Shown here: positions 27,279 to 37,124 of the stretch, piece by piece
Numbering within the stretch: position 1 is the stretch's first letter
Layout of the letters: each line of letters opens with the position of its first letter
IMG/VR virus record: IMGVR_UViG_3300046536_000256
Location: 124,001-188,000 of that record
DNA length: 64,000 bases
Direction: 5' to 3' (one strand)
Made by a program: the position numbers and the translations under genes
Notes under the pieces: model-generated
What the model was told of the DNA's origin: nothing
Database searches by the model: none
Seen by the model: the letters and a program-made list of their open reading frames with translations, nothing else

Positions 27279-27821
27279 ATGTCCTACGTCCTTGTCAACA
27301 GTTCCAGCTTACAAGTCGCTGAGCAAGCCGCGTGTGATATCAAGGCTAAGCTTCACTTGAACTTCGGTCGTCGTTCCATCATCGTTCGTGATTTCATGTC
27401 GGAAACCGAACGGGGTCAAGCGATGTATGCCGAAATCACCAAGAAAAACGTCCGAGGTGCGCGCGCTCTTGCGATCATCCTGGAACAGCGCAAGGCTTTG
27501 ATTAAACAAGTCATCCTCCCTGCGGTTGATAAGGGTATTGTGGTGATCTACGTGGGTGGTGTACTTGACGACACGCGGTATGTCAAGACCCTTGAGTTTC
27601 ACGAGATCCTCAAGGAAAACCAAGAGATGCTGCAAAGCATTGGTGGACATACCTACCCTCTTGGGGCGGTGTACGCGAAGTGCGTTATGGATTCCCCTAA
27701 CACCAGTCGGGGGTACAACAAGCGTGTGGACCGTATGTTGCAAAGCATGGCCGGGTTGAAGCTGATTGGCTACGACCCGAGCTACAACACCATGAACAAG
27801 ATCAACAGCTTGTTTGGCTGA
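27279..27821 (+). CDS. Hypothetical protein, degenerate thymidylate-kinase-like
   Basis: 180 aa; RKALIKQVILPAVDKGIVVI parallels RAQHVALKIRPALQEGKVVI of Tmk; no P-loop. Confidence 0.6.
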   Translation: MSYVLVNSSSLQVAEQAACDIKAKLHLNFGRRSIIVRDFMSETERGQAMYAEITKKNVRGARALAIILEQRKALIKQVILPAVDKGIVVIYVGGVLDDTRYVKTLEFHEILKENQEMLQSIGGHTYPLGAVYAKCVMDSPNTSRGYNKRVDRMLQSMAGLKLIGYDPSYNTMNKINSLFG

Positions 27822-27830
27822 GGGAACAGT

Positions 27831-28106
27831 ATGAGCCTGACGAACCTTAAAACTATCGAGCGTGACAACAGCCTTGCATTGCTAGAAGTACAGATGAACC
27901 CAACGTCGGCTTGGTTGCTTATTCCGCTCGACACCCCACCCGACCATACAGGGGTGATTGATTTCAGCAATGAGAACTATCGCTTCTACCTCGACATGAA
28001 CATCGCCCGCGACGCCTTCTGTAAGGCTGGCAAGGGAATCGAGTTGGTCGGGAAGTGGAAAGGTACTCGTTGGGCTGATATGAAGCCGTTCTTAGTTTCG
28101 CATTGA
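27831..28106 (+). CDS. Hypothetical protein
   Basis: 91 aa, GAGGG SD. Confidence 0.72.
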   Translation: MSLTNLKTIERDNSLALLEVQMNPTSAWLLIPLDTPPDHTGVIDFSNENYRFYLDMNIARDAFCKAGKGIELVGKWKGTRWADMKPFLVSH

Positions 28107-28116
28107 TTCAAACATA

Positions 28117-28156
28117 CCCCTTACCCTGTCCCCGTAATGGAGGCAGGGTAAGGGGG
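28117..28156. terminator. Bidirectional terminator between convergent genes
   Basis: CCCCTTACCCTG...CAGGGTAAGGGG, flanked by TATG(T) tails on both strands. Confidence 0.75.
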
Positions 28157-28165
28157 TTATGTCCG

Positions 28166-31100
28166 CTATGCCGCTCTTTTGAGTTGCAGGATACGTTTGC
28201 TGCGTTCGAACTTGGCTTGTTCAAGCAGGCTATCGACTGTCATGAGACGCGATTGTTCAGGCGGCAGGACTTTGCCCAGCTTCCTGATTTCCGCTTCCAG
28301 ACGCATCGCTAGGATGTTGTCGTTGGTCGCCATCAGTTCTTCGGTCAAAGCATCCACTCGCGCTTTCACTTTGTCCATGAACTGAACCACATGCGGCTCA
28401 AACTCCTGAGCCTTACGACCATTGGCCCTGTCCAACAAGTTCTTGGTATCAGTGAGTGCAATGCCACCCTGAATCCCGTACAGCGACTTGTTAGCCCCCA
28501 GCTTGATAAACCAGTACGTCAGCAGCCAACCAATTACCAAGTCATCGTGCTTCTTGGCATCGTGGTCGATTCGATCGCCCTTAGTCCGCAGGTTGATCAA
28601 CTCGTCCGCCAGCCTGTCGTAGTTCAAGCCATACGCCGTCATCCCTACCGCTTCCTGAATCAGACCGTAAAGAACTTCACGCGATCTGGAGGTGGTGTTG
28701 AAACCGAAGTATTGCTTGTACTTCAGGTAGAAGTCCTTGTAACGATAAGCAAACTTGGTGCCTTGTACTTCCTTGTACTCTTTCTCGTACGTCACGGTGT
28801 CTTGGTAGATCTGGTTGAAGATACGGGTGAATGGGTCCATCCCTTTCGCTGGCAGCATGATCAACAGGTTATCGATCATGTGGTGAGCATAGTTGCGCTC
28901 AATCACCAGGAGGCTATTGTCCAGCACTTGCAACAGGTCCACGATAATGGCTGTCACGTCGTCCAGGAACGCCAGTGGGTAACGACCCACCCCGATTACC
29001 TTGCCAGTCCGCATACTGCGAATGATGATGGTGCAGGCGTCCTTGTTGATAGCCGAGGACGTATCCACCCCAATCAAGAAGAAGTCGTTGTACTCCTTCT
29101 TACCCATTCGGATCAACTCTTCCTGGGTACAGAAGAAGTCCATGAACAGACCACTCTCCCGATACTCCTTACTCCAGACCACCGAGTTCTTGCAGTTGTT
29201 GATTGCTTCCCGTGTGATGTCGTCGAACAGTCGGTTCTCCCCGTCTTCCACCCACATGAGGAGTAAGTCGATCTTCGCCTTGGCAAGGCTGAGGTTAAGG
29301 GAGTCGATGGTTTCTTTGACCCAGTCTTTGTCTTTACCCAACTGCATGTAGTTGTAGACCATGGCAATCGAGGGACTGGTGGTCGTCTTCGGAGACGCTC
29401 GCAACAAACGTTCCCGCAGATGACTCTCGCTAAACGAATCAAAGAACTTCTCACGCCATTCCGTCGAGGACATCAACTTCTCGAACATGAACTCACCACT
29501 TGGGTGCAGGGTCGTGTTCGGGGTCGTAATGAAACTGATCCCGTACGGTTTACCCTGTGTCCTGGCGTTAGCCATCGCGGTCAGTGCGGAAGGCGCGCAG
29601 CCGTTGATGATCTCTTCAATGAAGCTGATGTACGCCGGTTCGTCGTAAGTCGTGGTCTCAACGGTAAGACCCCGTCCCAAGTCACCTGCTGCGTCACGAC
29701 CCATCTGAGGAACGTTAATGTTGAGTGTGTTGACATACTCATCACCAAAGGCCTTGTAGTTGAGGTAGTTACCTGAGTCCTTGTCTCGCCAAGTGGGGTT
29801 CACCAAGTAAGACGGCATACAAGTTCGGATCTTCTTGATGGCGTCAATGAACTGCGCCCGGTTATCCGACTTCAACGTAATGAGGTGAGACTTATACCCT
29901 CGCCCGTTGATGTAGGTTAACCAGAAGTTGATCACCTGCACCGACACCGTGTTGTGCGTGACAATGAAGTCATCGGTGATGTACAGGTGTTCTTGGTTGT
30001 CGACTTCGATGCAGGTTGCTTCGTCATCACCACAGAACTCAATCTTCTCAACCCAGAGCCGGTTGTCCACTTCAGGACGCTTGTCTTTACGGAAACGGAA
30101 ATACTCCATCTCCTTAGGCAGCGAGACCGTCAGGGTTTCCTTCTCTGGCTTGGCAGTGCCACCCAGACTTCTGACCACGTAGGCCAGCTGAGACGCTATA
30201 AGCGCGTTAGGCGCCTTTAAGGTCAAAGTCTTACCGATCTTCAGTCCTTCATCGAAAAACGCCTGTAGCAGCTTTAGGCGATCCTCCTGAGCCCCTTCGA
30301 GGTAGGTTGCCGGAAGCCCTACGTTTAAATCAAAGTCAAAAGGTTTCCCGTCACGACGTTTGATCGTGCGGAACTTCTTGTCCTGAGCGACCGCCAGTGT
30401 TTGAGGGATAATCGAGTTCAGGAAAGCGTCTTGTTCCTTACCCAGAGTACGACCTTTCAACACACCGTCGGTTAACTGGGAGTTGATCATGCAACCGATC
30501 AGATACGGGTCCAGAGTAAAACGTTGAGCCTTACCTTTCTCCGAACGAATCAGAGGAAGTTCAAACGCATGACCTTTAGCCATCGCAGAGATCAGATCCG
30601 CGGTGGTGTAGTCATCCGTAATCCCTCGACGACTGGCGGTACCCCGTGAGAAGTCCTTCAGGGTCCACAGGTGCTCAGCACCCACATCCGTAGAACGACC
30701 GTCGCTCATGGTCACTCGGTACAGACGCAACACCCCTTGTGGGTGAATCCCGATCACGTTAGTGGTCTTACCGAAGCGATCCATCAACACATCACCGGTA
30801 CGCAGGTCCCCAATCTTCTTCCACGTATCAGCCGGAGTGATGTTACCGATCCGTTCCGTCTTCACCCGAACCTTGCTCGAGTTACGTTGCATCTTGCCTT
30901 GCTGTCTCGGCATGATCATGTAAGTGGTCACATGATTCAAGTAGTTCCAGATAAAGCTGATGTTACCGCGGTTAGCCATAAACGCTTGTTCTGGCTTCAA
31001 CCGGCACACTTCGCGGAGGAAGTACCAGAAGTTAACCCGACACTCTTCAGCGACCATCAGTTTCTGTTCGTTGGTCAGGTCCGGAGAGTAAGGGTCCACG

Positions 31101-31465
31101 CCCTGCAACATCCGGTTGTTCAGTTGCAGTAGGAAGTAATAGTTCTTAATCCCTTGCTGCCGGAAGATCTCCGCGGTACGGATGAAACTTGCGTTGGGAG
31201 TCTTCAGGTCCGGTGCTGCTTTGTAACGATAAAAGTCTTTCAGAAAGCGAACCGTCTTAATGCTGTGCAGACTGTCTTCTTCGAAGTGAGCCATCAAGGT
31301 CTCTTCTTCGGAACGCGCTTCAGAGTCTATACGTTTTTCACGGTCATCGATTAGTTTCTTGGGGAGGTTCTGGGCTCCCAGGTAATTCACCAGTTTCTTG
31401 GCGAACTCCAGTACCTTGGCATAACCTTCGGCAACTGGCGCTTCAGTTTCAGTAGCGTCAGACAT
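28166..31465 (-). CDS. terL: Terminase large subunit precursor containing an intein
   Basis: NFWYFLRE, Walker A PRQQGK|T split by the intein, GRG, Walker B TTYDE, ITTP coupling motif, and nuclease motifs IGVDTS, VIERN and HDDLV. Confidence 0.93.
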   Translation of the reverse strand: MSDATETEAPVAEGYAKVLEFAKKLVNYLGAQNLPKKLIDDREKRIDSEARSEEETLMAHFEEDSLHSIKTVRFLKDFYRYKAAPDLKTPNASFIRTAEIFRQQGIKNYYFLLQLNNRMLQGVDPYSPDLTNEQKLMVAEECRVNFWYFLREVCRLKPEQAFMANRGNISFIWNYLNHVTTYMIMPRQQGKMQRNSSKVRVKTERIGNITPADTWKKIGDLRTGDVLMDRFGKTTNVIGIHPQGVLRLYRVTMSDGRSTDVGAEHLWTLKDFSRGTASRRGITDDYTTADLISAMAKGHAFELPLIRSEKGKAQRFTLDPYLIGCMINSQLTDGVLKGRTLGKEQDAFLNSIIPQTLAVAQDKKFRTIKRRDGKPFDFDLNVGLPATYLEGAQEDRLKLLQAFFDEGLKIGKTLTLKAPNALIASQLAYVVRSLGGTAKPEKETLTVSLPKEMEYFRFRKDKRPEVDNRLWVEKIEFCGDDEATCIEVDNQEHLYITDDFIVTHNTVSVQVINFWLTYINGRGYKSHLITLKSDNRAQFIDAIKKIRTCMPSYLVNPTWRDKDSGNYLNYKAFGDEYVNTLNINVPQMGRDAAGDLGRGLTVETTTYDEPAYISFIEEIINGCAPSALTAMANARTQGKPYGISFITTPNTTLHPSGEFMFEKLMSSTEWREKFFDSFSESHLRERLLRASPKTTTSPSIAMVYNYMQLGKDKDWVKETIDSLNLSLAKAKIDLLLMWVEDGENRLFDDITREAINNCKNSVVWSKEYRESGLFMDFFCTQEELIRMGKKEYNDFFLIGVDTSSAINKDACTIIIRSMRTGKVIGVGRYPLAFLDDVTAIIVDLLQVLDNSLLVIERNYAHHMIDNLLIMLPAKGMDPFTRIFNQIYQDTVTYEKEYKEVQGTKFAYRYKDFYLKYKQYFGFNTTSRSREVLYGLIQEAVGMTAYGLNYDRLADELINLRTKGDRIDHDAKKHDDLVIGWLLTYWFIKLGANKSLYGIQGGIALTDTKNLLDRANGRKAQEFEPHVVQFMDKVKARVDALTEELMATNDNILAMRLEAEIRKLGKVLPPEQSRLMTVDSLLEQAKFERSKRILQLKRAA
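29951..30892 (-). mobile_element. Intein (314 aa) with a class-3 WCT signature and a degenerate LAGLIDADG endonuclease
   Basis: Inserted at GK|T. Starts MQRNSSKV, block B GAEHLW, block F ATCIEVD, ends FIVTHN with +1 Thr. Endonuclease remnants DPYLIG, LLQAFFDEG and VVRSLGG. Confidence 0.9.
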
Positions 31466-31552
31466 AGGGACCTCGTTAAAAATAGGGGTAACGGTAAGGA
31501 AAAGAAAAGCAGACCAGAGGTGTTACCCCCTGGTCTGTTTAGAGCGCGGGTG

Positions 31553-31738
31553 TTACTCGACTGCTTTCACGCGTTCGTTCGACGTAACGGCGCGAGCGTC
31601 GTAGATCATGATCTCGGTAGCTTCACCGTCTTGCAGAACATGTTCTTCGATGGCCACACCAGTTTCGGTGTTGAACACACGAACCACTACTTCCTTGTTG
31701 TTGGCGCAGTGGGCTGCTACTTTAACGCTGGACGTCAT
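31553..31738 (-). CDS. Small hypothetical protein
   Basis: 61 aa, AGGAG SD, followed by a hairpin at about 31509-31540. Confidence 0.75.
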   Translation of the reverse strand: MTSSVKVAAHCANNKEVVVRVFNTETGVAIEEHVLQDGEATEIMIYDARAVTSNERVKAVE

Positions 31739-31766
31739 GAGACTACTCCTGATTTGATGTATAACA

Positions 31767-33500
31767 TCAAGGGAGCAGATCGACCACCAGACCGGTCAGA
31801 CCCAACTGCAACTCGGCACCCGAAGATGCACGGTTGACCCAGCTAATGAACCAGGTCTTGCCCATCTGAAGCTGGATGTTGATCGGGTTCTGCTTGTTGT
31901 AGTCGTCGATCGAGAACCGCCACTTACGCCCAGTATCATCCATGAGGTCGAAGTGGGTAGGTGTCGGAGCCTGATCTTCGTTACGCGGCGAGTAGCTCGG
32001 CTTGATGGACCAGTACAGCTCGTTGAGCCAATCCACTTGGTCGCGTTGCCCTTGCGACAGGTCGAACGTCGTATTGACACCGGCGTTCTTGACCATGAGC
32101 GTTTTACCACCCACAGCCGGCATGTCGTTCGAGAACGAAACGTCCCAACGCTTGCCTGGACCGTTGACGTCTTTGTACAGAACGATGTCAGTGTGTTGGA
32201 TGAAGACCACACTCTCGTACAGGTTGGAGACGTCACGCAGGTTCAGGTTGAAGATCATCGATTGCGACACGCCGTACGCCGTTGGACGGAATGGCGGGCT
32301 CTTATCGTTCAACGTCACCTGAGCAGTCACATCGGTCCGGGTCTTACGATCCAGATCGAACAGCCAGTGCTTGAGCACATAGCCAGACGTTGCGGCATCC
32401 CATTGCGGGTAGGTGTAGATCTTCGGCGAGTAAGCCCCAATCGCATCACCGGCCTGAAGCTGGTAGATATGCGACTCGTGGTCAGGACTGCCCGGCTTGG
32501 CGATGTAGTGTTGCTCATCGTCAGCCAGTTTGTAGATCAGCGTGATCTCGGTGGACTGTCCAGGCCAGGTAGGACGGTGTTCCTGCAACCCGTACAGGTT
32601 GAACTTGGTACCGTTGACCGGCCAAACCTGCGACGAACCGTCCGAGTAGTACACCGCCGCCCGCAGTTCCACCGACAACAGTGGAATGTTCATCGGAACG
32701 ATGAGACGGTCCGGGTCGCTGGAGTTGGTGAACCATGGCGAGATAAGCTTGACCTCGGTAACGTACTTGATACCGATCTGGTGGTCGCGCATGTAAGCAC
32801 AGTGCTGGGTCATTACCGGCTGGATAGGCGGAATGAATTCACCGGACTCATCGTAGAACACCAGAGTGGCACGAGTGCCGTCAGGTAACCCTTCGGCGTT
32901 CTCAGTCACCGAGAACGAACCGGTGGTCATGATCGACGCGTTGGTCCGATCCACAATCTCGGCCAACTTGGTCGGAACCTTGTTAGACAACAGATTGAGG
33001 GAAGCGTCGTATTGCGCGCTGATGATCTTGCCGTTCTCGCTGGCGTCGTTACCCAAGAACAACTTGGCGTACGCTGCGCCTGGACGCATGATGGTGCTGT
33101 CGACACGAGCCACGTTAGGACGTACGCTGTAATCGACACTCAACAGTGCTTCGCCCGCCAGAGGACCACCGCGCAGACCGAAGATCCAGTCTTGCTCGGT
33201 GGTGGTCCCCTCGTCGACGTTAGTCAACCGCCAAGGGACCAAGGTGGTTTTCAGGGTAGCCTGCCAGTCAACATGCGATGCCCGGTAGATGACGCCTTGA
33301 TCGATATCGAAGACCGCCTCGTTTTCTTGAGGCACTACGTACTTGTTGAGGTCGTCAATCGGATGTTTGTCCGGATCGAAGATGTTCTCAATGTAGTGGA
33401 AGTTTTTGCGTTCCCCGGTGTTGACGGGTCTGATCGCTGTTGCTGCGACCGCACCCGTCGCCGCGGAGTTGGGCGTGTTATCGAACATTGTTGTTGACAT
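31767..33500 (-). CDS. Virion structural protein (phiKZ gp26 position)
   Basis: About 577 aa from ATG 33500 (GAGGG SD); lies between terminase and sheath. Confidence 0.75.
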   Translation of the reverse strand: MSTTMFDNTPNSAATGAVAATAIRPVNTGERKNFHYIENIFDPDKHPIDDLNKYVVPQENEAVFDIDQGVIYRASHVDWQATLKTTLVPWRLTNVDEGTTTEQDWIFGLRGGPLAGEALLSVDYSVRPNVARVDSTIMRPGAAYAKLFLGNDASENGKIISAQYDASLNLLSNKVPTKLAEIVDRTNASIMTTGSFSVTENAEGLPDGTRATLVFYDESGEFIPPIQPVMTQHCAYMRDHQIGIKYVTEVKLISPWFTNSSDPDRLIVPMNIPLLSVELRAAVYYSDGSSQVWPVNGTKFNLYGLQEHRPTWPGQSTEITLIYKLADDEQHYIAKPGSPDHESHIYQLQAGDAIGAYSPKIYTYPQWDAATSGYVLKHWLFDLDRKTRTDVTAQVTLNDKSPPFRPTAYGVSQSMIFNLNLRDVSNLYESVVFIQHTDIVLYKDVNGPGKRWDVSFSNDMPAVGGKTLMVKNAGVNTTFDLSQGQRDQVDWLNELYWSIKPSYSPRNEDQAPTPTHFDLMDDTGRKWRFSIDDYNKQNPINIQLQMGKTWFISWVNRASSGAELQLGLTGLVVDLLP

Positions 33501-36135
33501 TGAAATGGCCCTCGAGCACACAAACTGAGTTGAGGTAGCTTTCGTTCACTTGATTCAGGAACAGGAGTTCGTTCGCAGTCATGGTCAGTTTCCCCATGTT
33601 GGCAAACGGCATGATCGCAAAGTAACGACGATCAAACCCCAGATGAATCGGATCCGTGTCCAACCACCAGAGGTACGGCGCCACAGTTTCCCGGATCGAC
33701 TGCTCCGTGAACAACGTAGTGTCGTTAGCGCGCGGTGGGGGAACAATGACACGGTTGATCAGACCGTTGACGATGGCGTTCATTAAAGGACTGAACAGCA
33801 TGTACTTGTCTTGCAGGTTTGGAATGACGGGAACACCAGGACCGGTAGGCTGAACGGGCTCAGTCTCGCCAGCGTTGGTCGCCGGTTTCGGCAACCACAG
33901 GGTCATGTAGTCGCTAACGCGTTGGTCGGTCGCCCGGCTGCGGTCATACAAAGGGAAGTTGGTGTACGGCTCGACATACTTAATCGGGCAGTAAACGTGC
34001 TTCACCATGTACGGCTTGCCGTTGAGTTGGTTCCAGAGGTCGTCCGGCACTTCTCTTTCAGCACGAGGAACCTCGTCGGTGGGATAAAGGGCTCCATTGA
34101 TAACCGTGCGAGTAACTCGATCGCTACGCAAGTTATAACGACCAAAACGCCCAATGACACCACCTTCAACAAAGCCCAGCTCAGTTTCGAACTTAGGCGT
34201 CTGCATGTCGCTATGTATCCCATGGGCTCTCACCGTGATCATTTGCGGACCATCGACGATGAACTCTTTGTTGATGATGTAACAGTACTTGTCCTTGTAC
34301 AACCAGTCAACGTGGTCCACCAACGGATGGCCGTTCAACCACACGTCCACTTGAGCGAAACTCATCGGGAAGATCAAACCGCCTTCCTCGTAAAGCTCAG
34401 TCAAAGCAAACGACAAACCGTGATCGATGTGGTCCAACTCAAACTGGTACGCCAAGCACGCAAGGTTGGTCAGGACAATACCACGGTAGTTAACCTTGTC
34501 CAAGCCAGTCCAGTGAATGGTTCCGTCCACCAGGGTGTAGACCGTGTCATCCCCTGTAACGTCGACCATCTCCCCAACCAATTGATTCAGGTCAATGTTC
34601 CACGGTTGTTTGTAGACACGGAAGTCATACTCAGGATCAAGCACAACGTCATCTTTCGTCACAACGTAGTCGAGCTTACGCCCGGCTTCCCCCAACACGA
34701 ACTCCACCATGACACACAGTGGATTGAACGGACTGTAGTACATCTCGCTCTTACGGTTGTGGACTTCCAGCAACTGACCGGATGCGTCGTATTCCCAGGC
34801 CGAGAACGTCTTGCGGTAAGTAGACGGAACAACCACACCCCGACCCCCTTCCACAAAGGAAACCCGTACCGGGGTTTCGCTCACCACCCGCGTTGCTGCG
34901 TTGTAACCCAGCGCCAGCGATGCGTTCTCACGGCTTACAGCAGGATACTGGGTGCGCGCCAGCGTCATCACTATCCCGCTCTCCAGCCCTTGTGCCGTCC
35001 ACTCAGGAACCGTAGCCCGGTCACCTGTCATTGCTCGCACAATCCCCTCGTCGTCGAAACGATACAGGTACTTGATACGCTGGTGTTCATTTGGCCACGG
35101 GTATTCCCAGTCAGTCTCCCGCACCAACACCATGACCCTGACCTTGGAAGTGTCAGCCAAGTCAGCCAGGTAGTTACCCGCATTACGGATTGCTTCGTCA
35201 GCAACTGCCACGTCAACATGGGTCAATTGACGGACCGTGGTCTCATCGTTGCGATGAATGTACAACCCACGCATGTTCGGTCCGATCACGTAGTAGTCGT
35301 TGTCATCGAAGTAACGAAGGGTAAAGTCGTCTTGACGTTTCGGTGGATGCAGAATCAACTTCCGCTTCAGGTCCATGTCGGAGTAGTAATCCTTCAAGTC
35401 CTTGTAAGCGTAGCGTTCTACCCGGATAACCGTTGGGTCATGCCAGAACTCCACCAAGTCACCCGCTTGAAGCCCCGGAATAGCATTTGGAGGGCCATCA
35501 AAGTACACACCGTTATACAGCACACCAGTGAACCCAGGCTTGCCCTTAAACAGGCTGTAGCGAGCCGTGAAGACCGACAGCTCAGCTGTACTTTCGTACG
35601 TCATGGTTTCGTAGGTGTACGGGTTGTTCAAGTCCGACAACGCCAAGTCACCGAAGTCTACGGGAATGCTCGGAGTAAAGCAACGGAAGAAGAACTCATC
35701 CGTTTTCGGTACCGGGAAGCCTTTGGTCTTTTGCAAAGCAATCAAGACCAGCCCGTCGTAGGTGATCATCACCCAGGCGTTCGAACGGCTAAACTGGAAA
35801 CCCTTGGTGTTGTACAAATCGAGTTGCATCCCTCGAACCTTGCACAGCGCACCCAGGTTTACCCAGCGGTCCAGCGGATTGCGATACAGCACGTTGTTGC
35901 GGAAGTTCCAGAACCCAGGATGCAAGCCTCCAGCACTGAAGATGTGGAAGAAGGTATTGACCTTAGGCAACGCCCGCCACTTCCCCATGTAGTTGTAGTT
36001 CATGGAGACCCCGTAGTCGTCAGTGACCCGAACCAGCTTCACTTGATACTGGTGGTTCTCTTCCGGGTTACCCCACAGGTTGCTCTCTGCGTACTGAACA
36101 ACCGGGTTATTACTGTCGTAAACGGTCGTCGTCAT
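33478..36135 (-). CDS. Virion structural protein (phiKZ gp27 position)
   Basis: 885 aa, conserved block adjacent to the sheath gene. Confidence 0.78.
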   Translation of the reverse strand: MTTTVYDSNNPVVQYAESNLWGNPEENHQYQVKLVRVTDDYGVSMNYNYMGKWRALPKVNTFFHIFSAGGLHPGFWNFRNNVLYRNPLDRWVNLGALCKVRGMQLDLYNTKGFQFSRSNAWVMITYDGLVLIALQKTKGFPVPKTDEFFFRCFTPSIPVDFGDLALSDLNNPYTYETMTYESTAELSVFTARYSLFKGKPGFTGVLYNGVYFDGPPNAIPGLQAGDLVEFWHDPTVIRVERYAYKDLKDYYSDMDLKRKLILHPPKRQDDFTLRYFDDNDYYVIGPNMRGLYIHRNDETTVRQLTHVDVAVADEAIRNAGNYLADLADTSKVRVMVLVRETDWEYPWPNEHQRIKYLYRFDDEGIVRAMTGDRATVPEWTAQGLESGIVMTLARTQYPAVSRENASLALGYNAATRVVSETPVRVSFVEGGRGVVVPSTYRKTFSAWEYDASGQLLEVHNRKSEMYYSPFNPLCVMVEFVLGEAGRKLDYVVTKDDVVLDPEYDFRVYKQPWNIDLNQLVGEMVDVTGDDTVYTLVDGTIHWTGLDKVNYRGIVLTNLACLAYQFELDHIDHGLSFALTELYEEGGLIFPMSFAQVDVWLNGHPLVDHVDWLYKDKYCYIINKEFIVDGPQMITVRAHGIHSDMQTPKFETELGFVEGGVIGRFGRYNLRSDRVTRTVINGALYPTDEVPRAEREVPDDLWNQLNGKPYMVKHVYCPIKYVEPYTNFPLYDRSRATDQRVSDYMTLWLPKPATNAGETEPVQPTGPGVPVIPNLQDKYMLFSPLMNAIVNGLINRVIVPPPRANDTTLFTEQSIRETVAPYLWWLDTDPIHLGFDRRYFAIMPFANMGKLTMTANELLFLNQVNESYLNSVCVLEGHFNVNNNVR

Positions 36136-36140
36136 AGTCC

Positions 36141-37019
36141 TTACCCATTGAGGTCGTAAGTGTATTCGATGTTCTTCTTGAAGGACTCCAAGGTGTTCTT
36201 GTTGTACTTCGGATCCATCGCGATAGCCAGAGGGCTCTTGCTCCAGGCATTAAAGGTGGCCGCGCCGTAGACGATTGCCGTGAACAGGCAAGGGGCTTCA
36301 GTTGAAGCGGCGATCACCTTAGGACCCAAGGCGGCAAAACCGATGGACCCAGCCATAGCGATCATGCTCTTCTGATCCAACACCTTCAGCTTGAACAGAA
36401 TCGGGTTGTCACGGATTGCACCCACCAAGTCAGACAAGGTGGTCATGCGTGGCAGCTCTTCAATGACACCCAGAATGTAATCCTTCTCGGTGCCGTAGAT
36501 GCTGCGGATCACGTTGACGCCGATGAAGACCATGTCGTCCGATGGGTTTTCCTGGAGGGTCAGGAAGAAGTACGCCAGCAAGACTTTAAGGGTCAAGCTT
36601 TCGTTCTTATCCAAACCAGCGCTCTGGACCATCTTCATCGACAGGGCTTCGGAGAACGCTTTGGTTGCCAATAGGCGGCAGTTCTTCAGCGGGGTCATGT
36701 AACCGTCGGCGACGTCCTGTTGCAAGAACGCGGCCAGACGACTCACGGTGATTTCGTTCGGGTGAGTTACTTGGTTACTTTTGTTGCGGTACGGACGCTC
36801 GTCATACACGGTAATCATTTCACGCGTATGACTTTGCATGGTGATCGGGAATGCGAAAATGGGGATCCGCAATTCGGTTTCGTTGGTGAGGCAGAAGACG
36901 TTTTTCTTCTTTGTCGGCGTCAGGTTTCGCGACATATGAAGGGTCTTAATGGTGTTCGCGACATCGTCCGTACTGCGATAGGGTTGCCCGACCGTAGTGT
37001 CATAAGCATTAATTAGCAT
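36141..37019 (-). CDS. Virion-associated protein (phiKZ gp28 position)
   Basis: Start reassigned to ATG 37019 (AAGGA SD, MLINAYDT); divergent from the sheath gene. Confidence 0.75.
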   Translation of the reverse strand: MLINAYDTTVGQPYRSTDDVANTIKTLHMSRNLTPTKKKNVFCLTNETELRIPIFAFPITMQSHTREMITVYDERPYRNKSNQVTHPNEITVSRLAAFLQQDVADGYMTPLKNCRLLATKAFSEALSMKMVQSAGLDKNESLTLKVLLAYFFLTLQENPSDDMVFIGVNVIRSIYGTEKDYILGVIEELPRMTTLSDLVGAIRDNPILFKLKVLDQKSMIAMAGSIGFAALGPKVIAASTEAPCLFTAIVYGAATFNAWSKSPLAIAMDPKYNKNTLESFKKNIEYTYDLNG

Positions 37020-37124
37020 GGGTGTGTCCTTAAAAAAATACATGTTATGTGCCAGATGTATACGCACTGTACGGCCCTATAGTGGGTTGCATACGATTGC
37101 TCCAGTACACTTACGAGGTTCTCC

